64,000 nt of DNA from Phoronis australis. Its lineage: Eukaryota; Animalia; Phoronida. This document shows positions 25,221 through 38,461 of this stretch, piece after piece. The notes under the pieces were generated by a model, which was not told the DNA's origin, did no database searches, and worked only from the letters and a program-made list of their open reading frames with translations. Within the stretch, counting starts at the first letter, position 1; every line of letters begins with the position of its first letter. The position numbers and the translations under genes were made by a program. The stretch is taken from positions 314,624-378,623 of the forward strand of contig NMRA01000324.1 in assembly GCA_002633005.1 (NCBI GenBank), written 5' to 3'.

Positions 25221-26455
25221 CTGGCAAAAGTAAACAATATCCACAATCAAATGGTTTGTCAGCCAATTTGGTACGGCTGCTGTATACACAATCAACCATT
25301 ACCGCCCGTAGGCGTCGTTCCAATGGACCTTGCTCTTACTTATCGCTTTGACGGGTGTACATGTATAATAAATCTACAGGAAAAATTCAGTATCCAGTTC
25401 ATCAAAAATAATCATACACAGAGTTTTACAATGTTTTTTTTTTTCAGTAGCTTTATAATGCTGTGCATTGAAATACTTAACACAGGCTCTGTGTGAAAAA
25501 GTAACTACTGTACACATTACAATGCTTTTAAAAGTGAATTGTACTAAACTAACGAAGCAGCTAGGTTACCAGTTCTAACATACAAATAAATCCCACAGTT
25601 GCTCGAGCTGCACGATAAAGAATACCTCCTTCATTTTTGATGCCAAGAGACTGAAACCGTGACAGCGAGAGCTGATTGGCTTATATTTCAGTGGCGTGGC
25701 TGAAGGGGCCTCGACTGCACATCACATATTGCTGTACCATTTTGTGAATAAGTGACATCGTATTTACTCAGCGCGTGAATTCCTTGTCATGTTTAGTTTT
25801 TGATTCGCCAAAATCCCCCAACTACAACCGAAGTGATGACAATCCATTCTTTGCTTACGTACCCCTTCGTTCTGGGTTTGACTTTGTTCACATACATGTA
25901 TGTACTGTAATAAGCATGGTAGATAATCGGCTTGCCTGCTGCCATACATGTAACAGGCAAAAGAATGGCAGTTAACAAAGGAACTAGATCAGGGAGATAA
26001 TGAGATAAATTAAACATATTCACTTAAATTCCCCTACAAAGTGTATGACTACTGAACCTGTCATAATAGGATATGTTGGGAACCCAGGAACTGAAGTGCT
26101 CCATGCTCTATTGGTGTTGGTGCATCCTCTGCATGGACAACTTTTCACAATGGAAGTATCGAGCAATGTTCAGTTGTTTTCGTAAACATTCTGGCTCAAG
26201 GCTGGTGAAGATAAACGCTACGGGGAATGACGGAATACCACTGAGTGACACCACATTATTGTACCAATTTCTACTCTTTTGGGGTTTATTTTTAGTACAC
26301 ATATAAAAAATGAAAAAGGAAATCCTAAAATACCATTCCAAAATTTCTACTATCCAAATTCATGCACCTGTGACTATGCACATATAAAATCACCTACCCA
26401 GCACTGACTTTTTAGTTCTAGGCCAAGTAATGGGCATAATAATGCATATACATAC

Positions 26456-26767
26456 CGTGTGTTTTGTTTGTTTCCATTACATAGCTTCTCATATAGCCAC
26501 CGCAGTACTCCTCCAATCTCCCTGGACACATTTTGGCTCGGCATTCGTAGTTTTCAACCCTTCCAAACATCCCATACGTATTGCCGCACCAACAGCTGTT
26601 ACCATTTTGCACAGCTGCGTACTTGTACTTTTTATCTCCACATAAACGTAAACAATATCCCTGTGTGTTTTTTTTACCAGCGTAAATTTCTTCAGGCAAA
26701 TCCCTCTCGTGTGATGCGTCTGCGAAGCAAGCCGGCAAGATGTCATGTGGCAGAGGTTTCAAAAAGC
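26456..26767 (-). CDS. WSC-domain exon (phase 1-1, 312 bp), upstream of 24925-25220
   Basis: Acceptor tctgtattcgtag, then ACFADASHERDL...YCLRLCGDKKYKYAAVQNGNSCWCGN...CPGRLEEYCGGYMRSYVM. Donor g|gtatgt. Open and in phase with the next exon. Confidence 0.8.
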
Positions 26768-28524
26768 CTACGAATACAGAAATACCTTGTAGAATGTGAC
26801 ATAGAATATTGCCAGGGCAAGAGAGTTAGGCTGAAAGAAATCGAAGGACGCAGTTAAAAACAAAGGTGCGGGGGTTGTGAACATGATGAAGTTATTACTT
26901 TACTAGCATTCAGTTTGATTAAGCCATGTAGTGCAGTAGGATGGTTGCCAATTGACCTACCACAAGCCTCCCCCCGTTTACTACGTGAGCCAACACTCCG
27001 TGTATTATCCTACTAATATGGAGTATATTAGCCTGCGCGAAAGAATTTCACTTCTGTCATTTTTCTCGGTAGGAGGCGCTTTTGTAAACATGGTGGTTCG
27101 CTAATTCTGATTGAGGCAGTAGGCCTATCGAATTAATGTACACTAAGCAATACAGAACAACTCTTGTAAATGCCGACTCAGATCATTCCCCTAACAGGGA
27201 ATCTAACCTGGACCAGATATATACAACTGTACGCCTGTACGGTTCTACATCTGTAAAACGTGAGTTAGTTGTGTCTGAAGATAGATTGGTGATTTTCGAC
27301 ACCTCACTGTTACTGTGTTCGTTTGGACTTCGACTTCAGAGTTCAGTCTTTTCACTCATAACGACTTTGAAAACAAGTCAAATGTAATGGTTCCTGGTTT
27401 TGAGAACGAAGTCGGACTGTTGGTGTTTTCCAGATGGAACACACCAGTGACAGCAAATGTCTGGACTTGATCAGGCGAATACACTTGTTGCTGGTCACTT
27501 TATACTAGGGAAATTGGTAAACGAACAACTGGACAAGGACGAGCTGAAGTAAAATCGATGGATGTGAAAACTGAGTAATATGCCTATTATTCAGTGGATT
27601 AGACAGTGACCACCGCCTTTAGTTGGCCCAAGCTGAGACGGTCTAGCTCCTAAAGGAGTTTCATACATTGAAAGATTTTCGGTGAATTGTCTTACACCGA
27701 TTGAAATATCAAAGTTCCTGTATGCGCAAAATATACTTATGACAACATGACTTTGTGAGGCACTGATACGCCGTAAAAGGTAACAATTTCGTAAAATGTA
27801 ACAACTGTTACATTTTATGTCATTGTTACATTTTATGTGGCTAGGCCTCTCTTAAAATGTAACAAGTTGTTACATTTTACGTAATGGTTACATTTCACGT
27901 CGGATGCACTTGCGAGAAATGTACCATTGTTACACTTTACGAAAGGGGCGCCATATTTCATGAAAATTTAAGGTATTTGTCACACGGAGCAAAACCGTTA
28001 ATACACTTAACGCCTTCTTTCTCGGATTTTGTGAATGGAATTCTATCAAATGTACCAGGTCGACTTTAAGGATGTGTCCCTATGTACTTTCCATGGTTTT
28101 TTGAACATGAGTAGTGTAATGGTATAGTGAGAATGTACAGCGTACAGTTTCAACTCCACACGAAAGGACTTTCCAGGATCAAGTAAACAAGATTTTTTAT
28201 CGTTAAAGCGTTCTTGCATTTTTTTGGTGATGCTAATAAACCGATTTTTATCCGATATTATAGTAAACGCACTTTATTTTGTAAGAACAACAACGACACC
28301 GTATTTGGCTAATATTTTTCTTCGGGAACGAATGACGATACCAATATTTGTCATGGAGAATTCAATTTCGAAAGCCAATTTGATAGAAAAAGCATCAGTT
28401 TTAGTCCACCAAAGTTTGGTTTATTTCGGCCAATATTTAATTGCTTTGGAGTCATCGCTATGCAGTAATTGACCTGCTTCACACAAAAGGAGTTTCTGAT
28501 GCCGACAGGTGCTGTCAACCACCT

Positions 28525-29070
28525 GCCTGCTGTATGTACAGATGTATCAATGGGTTGGCTCCAGCATATCTCAGCAGTAAATTCAATAGTAGCCAGGCAG
28601 TATATTCTACACGTTCTTCTGTTGCTAGCAATGTTTATTCTACAAAAAATAAAACCGAGACGGGCAAGAGATCTTTTATCGATGCAGCTGCTATAATATG
28701 GAATTCTTTTAGCCCAGAAATTAAACAGCCCTGCCTTTAAAGTAAATATTAAAAGTGCCTGTAATTTACTTGAATTTTATACCCTGCTTGTGTTAATCAT
28801 GTCATTTTTTCATTGTCGTAAATACTCTCACAGTCTAGAATCATCTCTTGATTTAATTCATCTGTCTTAGTTAAATTTTTACAATTATTTGTCATTTAGT
28901 TATTGTCTTAATTCTCAACCTGTTTTAATTGTATCTTTGTTACGTATATTTCATTGTTAATTTATTACTTCATTGTATTATATTACTGTTTTTCTTGTTA
29001 AGGGCCCTCTTGGAAAGCAGTGCTATCACTGAAGAGGCTACCCTCATTTTAAATATCACAATAAAAAGAT
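28525..29070 (+). mobile_element. 3' fragment of a CR1/L2-type LINE (ORF2 C-terminus plus 3' UTR)
   Basis: MYRCINGLAPAYLSSKF..YSTRS..KTETGKRSF..AAIIWNS, a T-rich UTR, a gggccctcttggaaagcag...gaggctaccct stem and an A-rich tail. Confidence 0.75.
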
Positions 29071-29351
29071 AAAGACATTGTGGTGGAAGGAGATAAAACC
29101 ACGCATTTATTTGCCGGCAGGTTGACAGATCTTGCCAAAGCAACAACGAAATATCGTTTTTGCACAGGGCAAGCCATTAGTTAAAAAAGTGGGGGCATAG
29201 TGACGAAAGAAATATCATTGTTCCTACGGTGCCAAGACATTCTGAATTGTGGTGGTAAAAACAGGTCAAACTGTGGCATATAAAAGTAAAAATAGAATGC
29301 CTAGAACTATGAAGGGACATGATCATTTTGCTTTTGGTCTAGAACTATAGT

Positions 29352-30186
29352 TTAAAGGGGCGATGGTCCAAAAAGCTGACTGTTGGAACTTCGGACTACA
29401 CATAGATCTATGTTCTCTTTCTATTACCTTTTAAGATAAAATACGAATTAACACTGGTATTTGGCCAATGGTCTTTAGTTCGAAGTACATATAAATAAGG
29501 ATAAAGTTTGGACATTCTGTTATTAATGGAAGTGAAATCACGTGTTTCAAGAGGCGCCATTTTTGAGTTTCAGCTCGCAGGTAAGGGAATTCGGTATATT
29601 AATCCTCTTGATGTATTGTATTTTAATCTTTTTGATGCATTACACTCAATGCTCATATTAAACATTTTTGACTTCGACATCAACGGTTTTTGTTCCATAC
29701 AATCTACTTTCAACGAGACCTAGTTTAAATCATCCTGTTAAATCACTGCGTTACTGTAAGAATATTGGGGCCCATTTCACATGAAATTGTTGCGTGTCTT
29801 GTATTTCGTTACACGCTATTCTAATGACCCGGTGACCGCAGCTCACTAGCCGTTAGTTCTCGAAAAATGTCTGCCTACAGAGTTCAACGTAACGCAATTT
29901 TGAACTTACACATCAGGTTGTTAACAAGAAATGTTTTCAACAAGTGACAATTTTGCGGTGTGAGTTCAGTTCTTCGTGGTAAAGGTCAGCTGGACATAGT
30001 TATATTTACAAATACTGTAGTGCTTGCCGATAGCTCAGAAATAATCAATTTTTGAATTTGGTGCTCGTCTAAACAAGAATTTAAATCTCAACCTCCTCGT
30101 TTCCAAAAAGTAGGCGTGCTTTTCATTCACAGCTGTCAAGACGTTCCTCACAATATCGTTAAAGCTGAACTTAGGATTCCCTTTAA
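29352..30186. mobile_element. Possible Kolobok-like MITE (TTAA-AGGG...CCCT-TTAA)
   Basis: ttaaagggg at 29352 and ccctttaa at ~30179-30186. TIR similarity beyond 4 bp is poor. Confidence 0.3.
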
Positions 30187-30334
30187 AATCTTATTGCAAC
30201 AGCTGTCGCTGTCCACTATGGAAAGCCCGAAGACAACAGTGAACAATAGATGATGTGATTATCAAACATTTGATGTCCATGATGTATTAGCACTTTGCTA
30301 AAAATGTATTGTATCCTTGTTAAATAAATTTGGA

Positions 30335-30455
30335 AATAATAATAATTATGATAACAAAAACGATAACGAGTAATAGTAGTGAAAGTGGTTATAGTATTAA
30401 TAGTAGTCACAGTAGTAATAGTATCAATAGTAGTAACAGTAGTTATAGTAATGTA
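30335..30455. repeat. Degenerate (AAT/AGT)n microsatellite
   Basis: aataataataat...agtaatagtagt...agtagtaacagtagt. It explains the low-complexity S/N/T-rich ORFs here. Confidence 0.85.
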
Positions 30456-33400
30456 ATACGAAAAACGGTAGCCAAATTCATGTCGTGTCAGTCCGCAGGG
30501 CATTCCTATCGAAGATATATACTAAAAGTGCCACCCAAAATGTTTTTTTTTTCACAGAAAAAATACTCTGCAAAATGGTATCATTTTCCACAACACTAAA
30601 AAGTGACTTTCCTGAACAGAAGTGTGCGAAGATGTGAGGTTTTACACAAATTAGTCTCTCAATTGGTAACTTTTTGTACGATCCCACTCTCTAAATGGGT
30701 AGATATTCAAAATATTTCGGGCGCCATTCCTCGTCTAAAAATTGTCCAGTACCCCCGGTCGTGTCAGATACCACTTGTTCGTGATTTTGGTCATTTTCTT
30801 TGCAATATGACGTGGATTTCGTAAAATGTATCAATGGTACATTTCTCGCATGTACGTCCGAAGTGAAATGTTACAGCGACGTAAAATGTAACAACTTGTT
30901 ATATTTTAGGAGAGGCCTGTCAGCTTAAAATGTAACAATGACGTAAACTGTAACTGTTGTTACATTTTACGAAATTGTTACATTTGACGGCGTATCTAGG
31001 TCTTTGCATGGTGTAGGCTCCCCACATAACAATGCACACTAGTTTAAAATCACACTAATTTCTCACCATCGACTGTCAACAACAGGGCCATGAAGATGAT
31101 TGGTTCTGAAAAAAAGTAGTTAAGTTAGGCGTTGTTATTCTCGAGTCCCATAATTAGGCATTCTTATTCACGCCTACATCAGGGGATGACAATGCACATG
31201 TATAAAATTAATATCAGATACGTATCTAAACTACGAATTTTCACAATTTGGCCACACTATTTGAAATATTATTTTACAAAATTCACATGTATATTGGGGA
31301 ACGTTTGAATGGTGTGGCCACTCAAATATCTGCACAATATAATTTCAGATAATTCATTCCTTGGATTAAAATGGTTGCTACTTTGTATGTATTCGTTTGT
31401 GCGCACTCTGTGAAAGGTATTTGGGTGTGTGCGTGTGAGTACATATTTGCGCGTGTGCTTGTTCTAATTTCACGAGCAGGGTGACGAATATCGATTTGTA
31501 GCTCTTCCGGGTGTGACTTAGCATCGACCATTATTGACGAAATGAAAGGTACAAATAGCCTGGCCAGTAAAAGAGCCAGATAAAAATGACCATCAACTAA
31601 ATAATGCGAATAACCATTTTGATAACAATAACGATGACAATGGAATTCGAAAATTCGTGTAAAACAATAAGAAGCGAAAGGGTAAAATTAATTGCAACGC
31701 CTGTGTCAATTAGAACATATTACCCAAGCTCCAGATCCCTGCAATTTTCGTGTTCATCTCGATCTTTTGCTGCGTAAGGTCGAACCTTCTGTTCCCTTGG
31801 TGTGAGAAATCGTGTACTATTGAAGACCTCTTTATTTTGCCGTAACGGCTCCGTTAATGAATGCCGTGTTCGCAGGTTTTTATTAGGGCAACGGCAGCCA
31901 ATCGGGGCGAAGAAAACTGTTGACACTACAATCGTTCGTTAATTTGTCCCACGTATCCTCATTAATATGTAACACCTAAAACAAGATTTATTACTACAAC
32001 CTGGAAAATTATTTACAATGATCAATTGGATCTTGAGATATTCCAGGCAAAGTGGTATTTTTTGCCTAACTAGCTTTTATAGGGTCTGATAATGTTCTTA
32101 ATTTGTATGATGTACACTAAACTAAAAGTCATATTGCCGCACAACTATGCACTGGTTGGTTGAATTAATAAATGTTTCATCAAAAAAAAGGATTTATGGT
32201 CTGCTTGGAACATGAACTCTTCAAATGAAAGCTACACGAAGAAAGATCTAAGACAGTATTGTTTTATCAATAAAAGTCTCAAGTTCAAACACAGATGCGT
32301 TGTATTTTGGTCAGACTAAATAGTTAGCAAAAAGTAGCAGAATACAATACGCTGATCAACGTTTCGCAAGTTTTCTTTGCTATGAAGTTGGATAAAACTC
32401 AATTATTTTAAGCAAGTATTGCTAACGGCACAGTTGACGTACCTCTCCGACCTCACAGATCAGAATTTTGTAACAGAGAACAAGCTTCTGCATCAAAATT
32501 TACGATGTGAAATAGTATGAAAACATTATTTCATCACCCTCAGTTTATTTTTCAATGGACAGGGAAAAGCGATGCGTGCGCCTCCTAGTTCACTGATTCG
32601 AAGGTACAAGGCATCTTAATCCAACATGCAGAAAGATGTTGCCAGATGGACACCTCCTTGTTAGGCTCTCAGTTGATCTTGTATATTTTTGAAATGAGCA
32701 TAGATGTATCACAGTCAGGAGCATTTTTGACACATCCATCGATGCAAATCGGATTAGCAGCCTGCAAACAAGTTTGAATAGAAGTTATCGTTGCACATGT
32801 GCCCTTGGGGGTTTGTTGTAACACGTGGAAATTAATTGATTGTGTAACCCGTATGCAAGGACTTTCCGCTATGTGCATGTGCAATTGAGTCTTAAGAATG
32901 GTGATCGTAACGGGCGTGGAGTAGATGCGGATGTCGCAACCGTCTATTACTGAACCCCCCTTAGCCACGTGTATCTGACAAAATATTGTGCTAATAATAG
33001 ATGTGGGTAACGTAAGTCTCCAAAAACAGCTGTTTCCTTTGTAAACGTTTGCATTTAGCTACTAAATAAACCTTTAACAGGGAACCATACATATATAATT
33101 GGTTATTGTCAGCATTTGCACTGTAAATAGCCAAATGTCATGGGTTTCACAGAAGTAACGGGAAAAACGATATGCAATAAAACGAATTCTAGTGTTCAAT
33201 ACGAAACTGATAGTTGATTCTTAATCCTAAAATGCACACCAAAGGCTTGTACTAGAGGATACACTCCTCCTCAGCGGTATCACTGTGAACGAGTTATGTA
33301 ACATGGCCTCACATTGACTACCAGAATCAAGTGCCATTGGATTTGGAATCTAACACTCGAATAATTAGATTGGCTGTTGTTGAAATATGTAATATTGCAC

Positions 33401-34289
33401 TGCGTTTTCTGCATTTGAGAGATGAATTTGTAATTTGCAGTTGGTGAAATCACAATAAAAGTGTAGACTGATGCATTCGAGATGAGATTACAATGGGTTT
33501 GGAAAAACAAGGAAACCATTCAATATTTTTTTCACATTCGCATACGACAAACTTCCAAGCTGAGACAAGCGCTTTGATGCCAACATTCGCAATTCAGAGG
33601 ACTTCATCTTCGACAAAATTGTCTTATGTAGAGGTACTGGAGGTTTTTTTCAAAGGCGTGGCGCCCGCTACAAATGTAAATTGATGCGGTAAATTCATAA
33701 CGAACTTCGAAATCTTATGTAAATTTCGAGTTTTGCAAGAGGTATTACATGGCTTTGGATGTCTGATATTTAATTTTTCTCATTTTTGTTCCTGTTTGCA
33801 ATCGGGCAAATCACAATCAAGGTCCATATTCGATGGCCACTTTGGTGAGAAATGAAGGTTGTTGTATAACTGTAAAAGCTGGGTTATTTTAAAGTACATG
33901 TGCCATCATTCCAGTTTTGTAATCTAAAATATATTTGCACAATAACACCCGTCTACGCCCATTTCTACCACGCAAAAAATTATAAGGTAGCTGTTGATTT
34001 AATAAGTTCTGATCACATTAAAGAAGTATTACATACTAAAGTAAAAAAGTCATTACCCTACTGACCAAAATGTTCTAGATGATGATACATTGCATATCTT
34101 AACACAGTAAAACGAGAACTTCTCTTGCAATATGAGTCCTACAAAAAGAAAATGACAAGTAACTACTTTATTCACAAACTTTATTGGTGCACTTTGTTTT
34201 AGTTTTCAAGGCTTTCACAAGTTGGTCAAAATAGTTAAAGCAATGCTAGGACCAGTGTTCCACTTGTAAACAGTAAAAATTGTACTGGT

Positions 34290-35322
34290 TAGGGGGTACG
34301 TACACTACGCACAGTCAATCAACGTCAAATTTTAAATAAGTTACAAATGTATGGGATGGTCTCGAGTTTGTTCTGCCTCTACTTGTTGGTTTGTAGCAAG
34401 CTGTCTTGAGAGAAAGAGATCCTACCTCTGCAACATTAGTTTCACATGAGGTGTCTTCTAGGATGTTAAATACCAGCCAAATCCTGTGTGGCATTTTTGC
34501 CCACCAATTCCATAATGTCCATTGTTTTTTTGTCAGACTGGATCCATTTTGGAAATATCAGTATTGTTCATGATTTCAGCTGCTCGGGCAGTATATAAAA
34601 TACTTGTGGGCAATACTTTATAGCTCAGAGGTTGATGGTACGTACACTACACAGGGGTACGTACATTACATTTCAAAGACTTGTCAGATTTATAAACAAT
34701 TACTTAGTTTACTGAGAGTTAGTTCATTCATCGAATCTACTGTATTTAAAGAGAACAAATACTAAGTACTGCATATATGTACATATCTGTCTGTAATTAT
34801 TTGAAAATAGGCACATGTTATCTTGTTGGGGTACGTACACTACACGAATGCTAATATTTCACTAGAAACATATTTATTTGTAATTAACACCTTTTTAACT
34901 AGCATTTTTAAAGGAGGAAACTGTCTCTGACAAGTGAAGCTTACTTACCGTGTAATATTTTTGTTTCATGGTATTTGTTCACAACGGGCTACGCAGGAAT
35001 ACGTACATTACATTTTAATGAAATGTTAAGTTTGTAACTAAATACTAAGAACCTACTGAGAGAAAAAATAAAAACGCAGCATTCATGTGCATACCTGCCA
35101 TACTTTGAAAATAGGCACAGATTAATATATAGAGGTATGTACGCTACACATATGCTAATATTTCACTCAAAACAAATATATTTGCCATAAAAACTATTTT
35201 AACCTAACATTTTAAGGAAGGGAAATGTCTATGACCAGTGTTGCTCACTTATCAAGTGATATTTTAATTTCATGGGATTTGTAAACACGGGGGTACGTAC
35301 ACTACAAAAGGGGGTACGTACA
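34290..35322 (+). repeat. Array of GGGGTACGTACACTAC motifs with a ~305-bp duplicated unit
   Basis: Motif at ~34292, 34637, 34653, 34828, 35133, 35289 and 35311. 34800-35010 resembles 35104-35300. Confidence 0.75.
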
Positions 35323-35387
35323 TGTATGCACAACTTCAAAGCATAGCTACCTTTTAAACAAACTCACACAGTCAATCGTCTGACATT

Positions 35388-35405
35388 TGGGGGCCAGTCC
35401 GGGAG
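35388..35405 (+). promoter_or_regulatory. Primer-binding site, tRNA-Pro-like
   Basis: TGGGGGCCAGTCCGGGAG lies 2 nt after the LTR end. It is close to the tRNA-Pro PBS TGGGGGCTCGTCCGGGAT known from MLV. Confidence 0.8.
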
Positions 35406-35514
35406 AGTTTAAATAAAGGTTTACGTGGTTGTGTTGAATTGTTTTGAATTCAGTAATTACCGTTTGAATATTAATTAATAAATTGCATTCTGGGAATAAT
35501 ACCCTTCCTCTACA

Positions 35515-36565
35515 ATGGATTTTGAAAAGTATATTACGCAAGCGAAACAATTCGGTTATACCGGTTTAATAGTTAAGGAAGTGCGCAGAGGAGCTCTTGC
35601 TGCAGGCCTTGGAGCGTGAAGAGCGTGCCCATAAAAGGGAACTAGAACAGGCAGAACGTGCTCATCAACGAGAGCTAGAGCAAGCCGAGTATGAACATAA
35701 CCTTGAACAAGAACGAGCCGAGCGGGCCCAAGCTATTGAGATTGAGAGGCAGAAGACACTGCAACTCCAGATTGAGCTGAAAGCGACACCTAGCGGTGGG
35801 GCATCAAGCAGTGGTGTACGTACCAGTCGTCCCAAACTGCCAAGGTTCGAAGAGCGCGTCGACGACATGGATGCTTTCCTAGCCAGGTTTGAGATATTCG
35901 GTACAAGCCAGAAATGGGATAAATCGGAGTGGGCTGTGGACTTGAGTCCATTGTTGACAGGTAAAGGTCTACAGGTGTTCAACAACATGCCGTCCGACCA
36001 AATTAACAACTATGACCAACTAAAGGTGGCGCTGCTGCACAGGTATGAATTAACCGAAGATGGGTTCCGACGAAAGTTTAGAGAGTCCAGGCCTGACAAG
36101 GGTGAAAACGTGTTCCAATTCGGGGCAAGACTGAAGAGGTTCTTTGAACGATGGACACAACTGGCGGAGGTCGAGGCGACTTATGATGGACTCAGAGACT
36201 TACTGATCCGAGAACAGTTCCTGGGAGTATGCCATCCTGAGATGTCCGTATTCCTGAGGGAACGGAAACCGAAGACCTTCGATGAGATGTCGGCCATTGC
36301 TCAACAGTACATGGACGCCCACTCTACTGGTTTGTTGGGCAAAGGGTTCGCAAAGAAAGACTTGGGACAGGTAGCCAGAAGACAGGCACCGCCAAGCAAA
36401 ACAGAAGAACGGAGGACAGAGACTCCTCGTTCGTCAATGACCAGATACAAGAATGACAAAGAGTGTTTCAATTGTCATCGTAAAGGTCATTTAGCAAGGG
36501 AATGTGGAATGAAAGACTTCCAGTCCAAAAGATTCGCTGCAGGTAAGCAGAGGTCTGCCTCGTAG
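35515..36565 (+). pseudogene. gag: Gag with coiled coil, SCAN-like capsid region and CCHC zinc knuckle
   Basis: MDFEKY... start (frameshifted), PKLPRFEE..DDMDAFLARFE, LLIREQFL..RERKP, CFNCHRKGHLAREC. Confidence 0.88.
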
Positions 36566-37120
36566 CAGGAACGGGCCAAGACAGAAGACACCAAGAAGTC
36601 GGTGATGTGTCAAGCTGTGGTAGCAAAGGGTAGTCCAATAGAACAGCACATAGTTGATGGCTGTCTGAAATTAGTCGATGGGACATCGATACCCGTGGAG
36701 ACAGGGACCTGTGAAAAGCACAGAGAGCCTCCTGCTGACCACAACATGCACGTTTGTGACGGTTACGTCAACGAAACAAAAGTACACATGATGCGTGACA
36801 CCGGATGCAGTAGTGCAGCGGTGAAGACATCCCTAGTCAAAGAAAGTCAACTGACGGGGAAACAACACATCTGTGTGTTAATAGATGGGACAGCACGATT
36901 CTTCCCCATAGCGAAGATTGAGGTAGACACTCCTTACTTAGGTGGTGAAATCGAGGCGATGTGTATGCGAACACCAATATGCGACCTCAAAATAGGGAAT
37001 GCTGTTGGTGTCAGCAAGGATCCTGATCCCAATTGGCAGCCACAAGGCAGTGTCATGTCCGCAGTCACTACTAGAGCACAGGCTAGAAGAGAGAGAAACC
37101 TATTAAGCATTTGGCGGTGA
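36566..37120 (+). pseudogene. Retroviral-type aspartic protease
   Basis: MRDTGCS active site and the downstream CDLKIGN motif, followed by AVTTRAQA. Confidence 0.85.
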
Positions 37121-38373
37121 CTCCATCCGGAGTGGAAAGTCTCGACGTCAGCAGTTTGAAAGACGAGCAACAACATGATCCTTCCCTACGTAAGCTCATG
37201 GAACTTGTTGAGAAAGACAAACCAGCAAGAACACGTGGTAGAGCTCAATACCGGTATGAGAGGCAGAAAGGGGTCCTGTACAGAGTGTATGCTGATAACA
37301 CCAAAGAGTTGCGTCTGGTAGTTGTCCCTGTCAAATATCGACAACAGGTTATGACGCTAGCTCACGAGTCAATCGTAGGCGGGCACCTAGGTGTGAAGAA
37401 GACCAGTGATAGAATAGCCAGTAGCTTGTATTGGCTAGGAGTTGGCAGTGATATAAATCGTTACTGTAGATCGTGTGATATCTGCCAGCGAACAACTCCA
37501 AAGGGCAGGATCTCTAAAGTGCCATTGGGTGAGATGCCACTTATGGAAGAACCGTTCCAGCGTATCGCTGTTGATTTGATTGGTCCTGTGTTGCCGATCA
37601 CAAACAGAAGCAACCGTTACATTCTCACCGTCGTAGACTATGCCACACGATATCCAGAGGCAGTCCCTCTACCAAGAATAGAAGCTGAGCGAGTCGCAGA
37701 AGCACTATTTGAAACCTTCTTTAGAATTGGCTTTCCACGAGAGGTGCTTAGTGACTGTGGGACACAGTTTACCTCACAAGTTCTGAAGGAAGTTGCACGG
37801 TTGATATCCATGAAGCAACTGTTCACCACTCCGTACAATCCGAAATGCAGGGGATTGTGTGAGCGTATTAACAGAAAAGCATGCTTAAGAAAATGTGCCA
37901 AGAGCGTCCACAAGACTGGGACCGGTACTTACCAGCAGTACTGTTTGCCTACCGAGAGGTACCTCAAGTGAGCACAGGTTTCTCGCCATTTGAACTGTTG
38001 TATGGTAGAACCGTGCGAGAGCTCATGCTGGTGCTTAAAGAGTTGTGGACTGGCAATGAAACATCAGACGTACGGAATACTTATGAGTATGTCCTTGACT
38101 TGCGACATCGTCTGGAAGAGACATGTGAATTGGTGCGGAAAAAAACTTACGAAATGCTGGTGAAGCATACAAGCACCATTATGACAAAAAGACACGAGAT
38201 CGTCGCTTCAAAGTAGGAGACTAAGTCTTAATATTGTTACCAACTGACAGTAACAAGCTGCTACTGCAGTGGAGGGGTTCCTATGAAGTGACCGAGGTAC
38301 TCAACAAAATGGATTATCGAGTAAGGGTTGGTGGAAAGACTAAGACATACCATGCCAACCTCTTGAAACTCTA
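37111..38373 (+). pseudogene. Integrase (HHCC plus DDE plus GPY/F-like tail), frameshifted
   Basis: AHESIVGGHLG..CRSCDICQ, VDLIGP..SDCGTQF..CERIN, WDRYLPAVLFAYRE, LLLQWRGSY..YHANLLK. Confidence 0.9.
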
Positions 38374-38461
38374 AATATCTCGTGACCAAAGTGCGGCTGC
38401 AAGTAAAGATGATGCAGATAAGAATTCTGACATCGCGGCCTTAGCTGTACTGCAGCCTGAA

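Larger units (their letters stand above)
27765..30996. mobile_element. Foldback/MULE-like non-autonomous DNA element with ~180-bp internally repetitive TIRs
   Basis: gatacgccgt.aaa.gtaacaatttcgtaaaatgtaacaac... (27765-27943) is the reverse complement of 30817-30996. TIRs are built from AAATGTAACA units. No clear TSD. Confidence 0.75.

Noticed and set aside
30216-30599. T-rich and S/N-rich mucin-like ORFs
   Set aside because: They arise from the AGT/AAT microsatellite.
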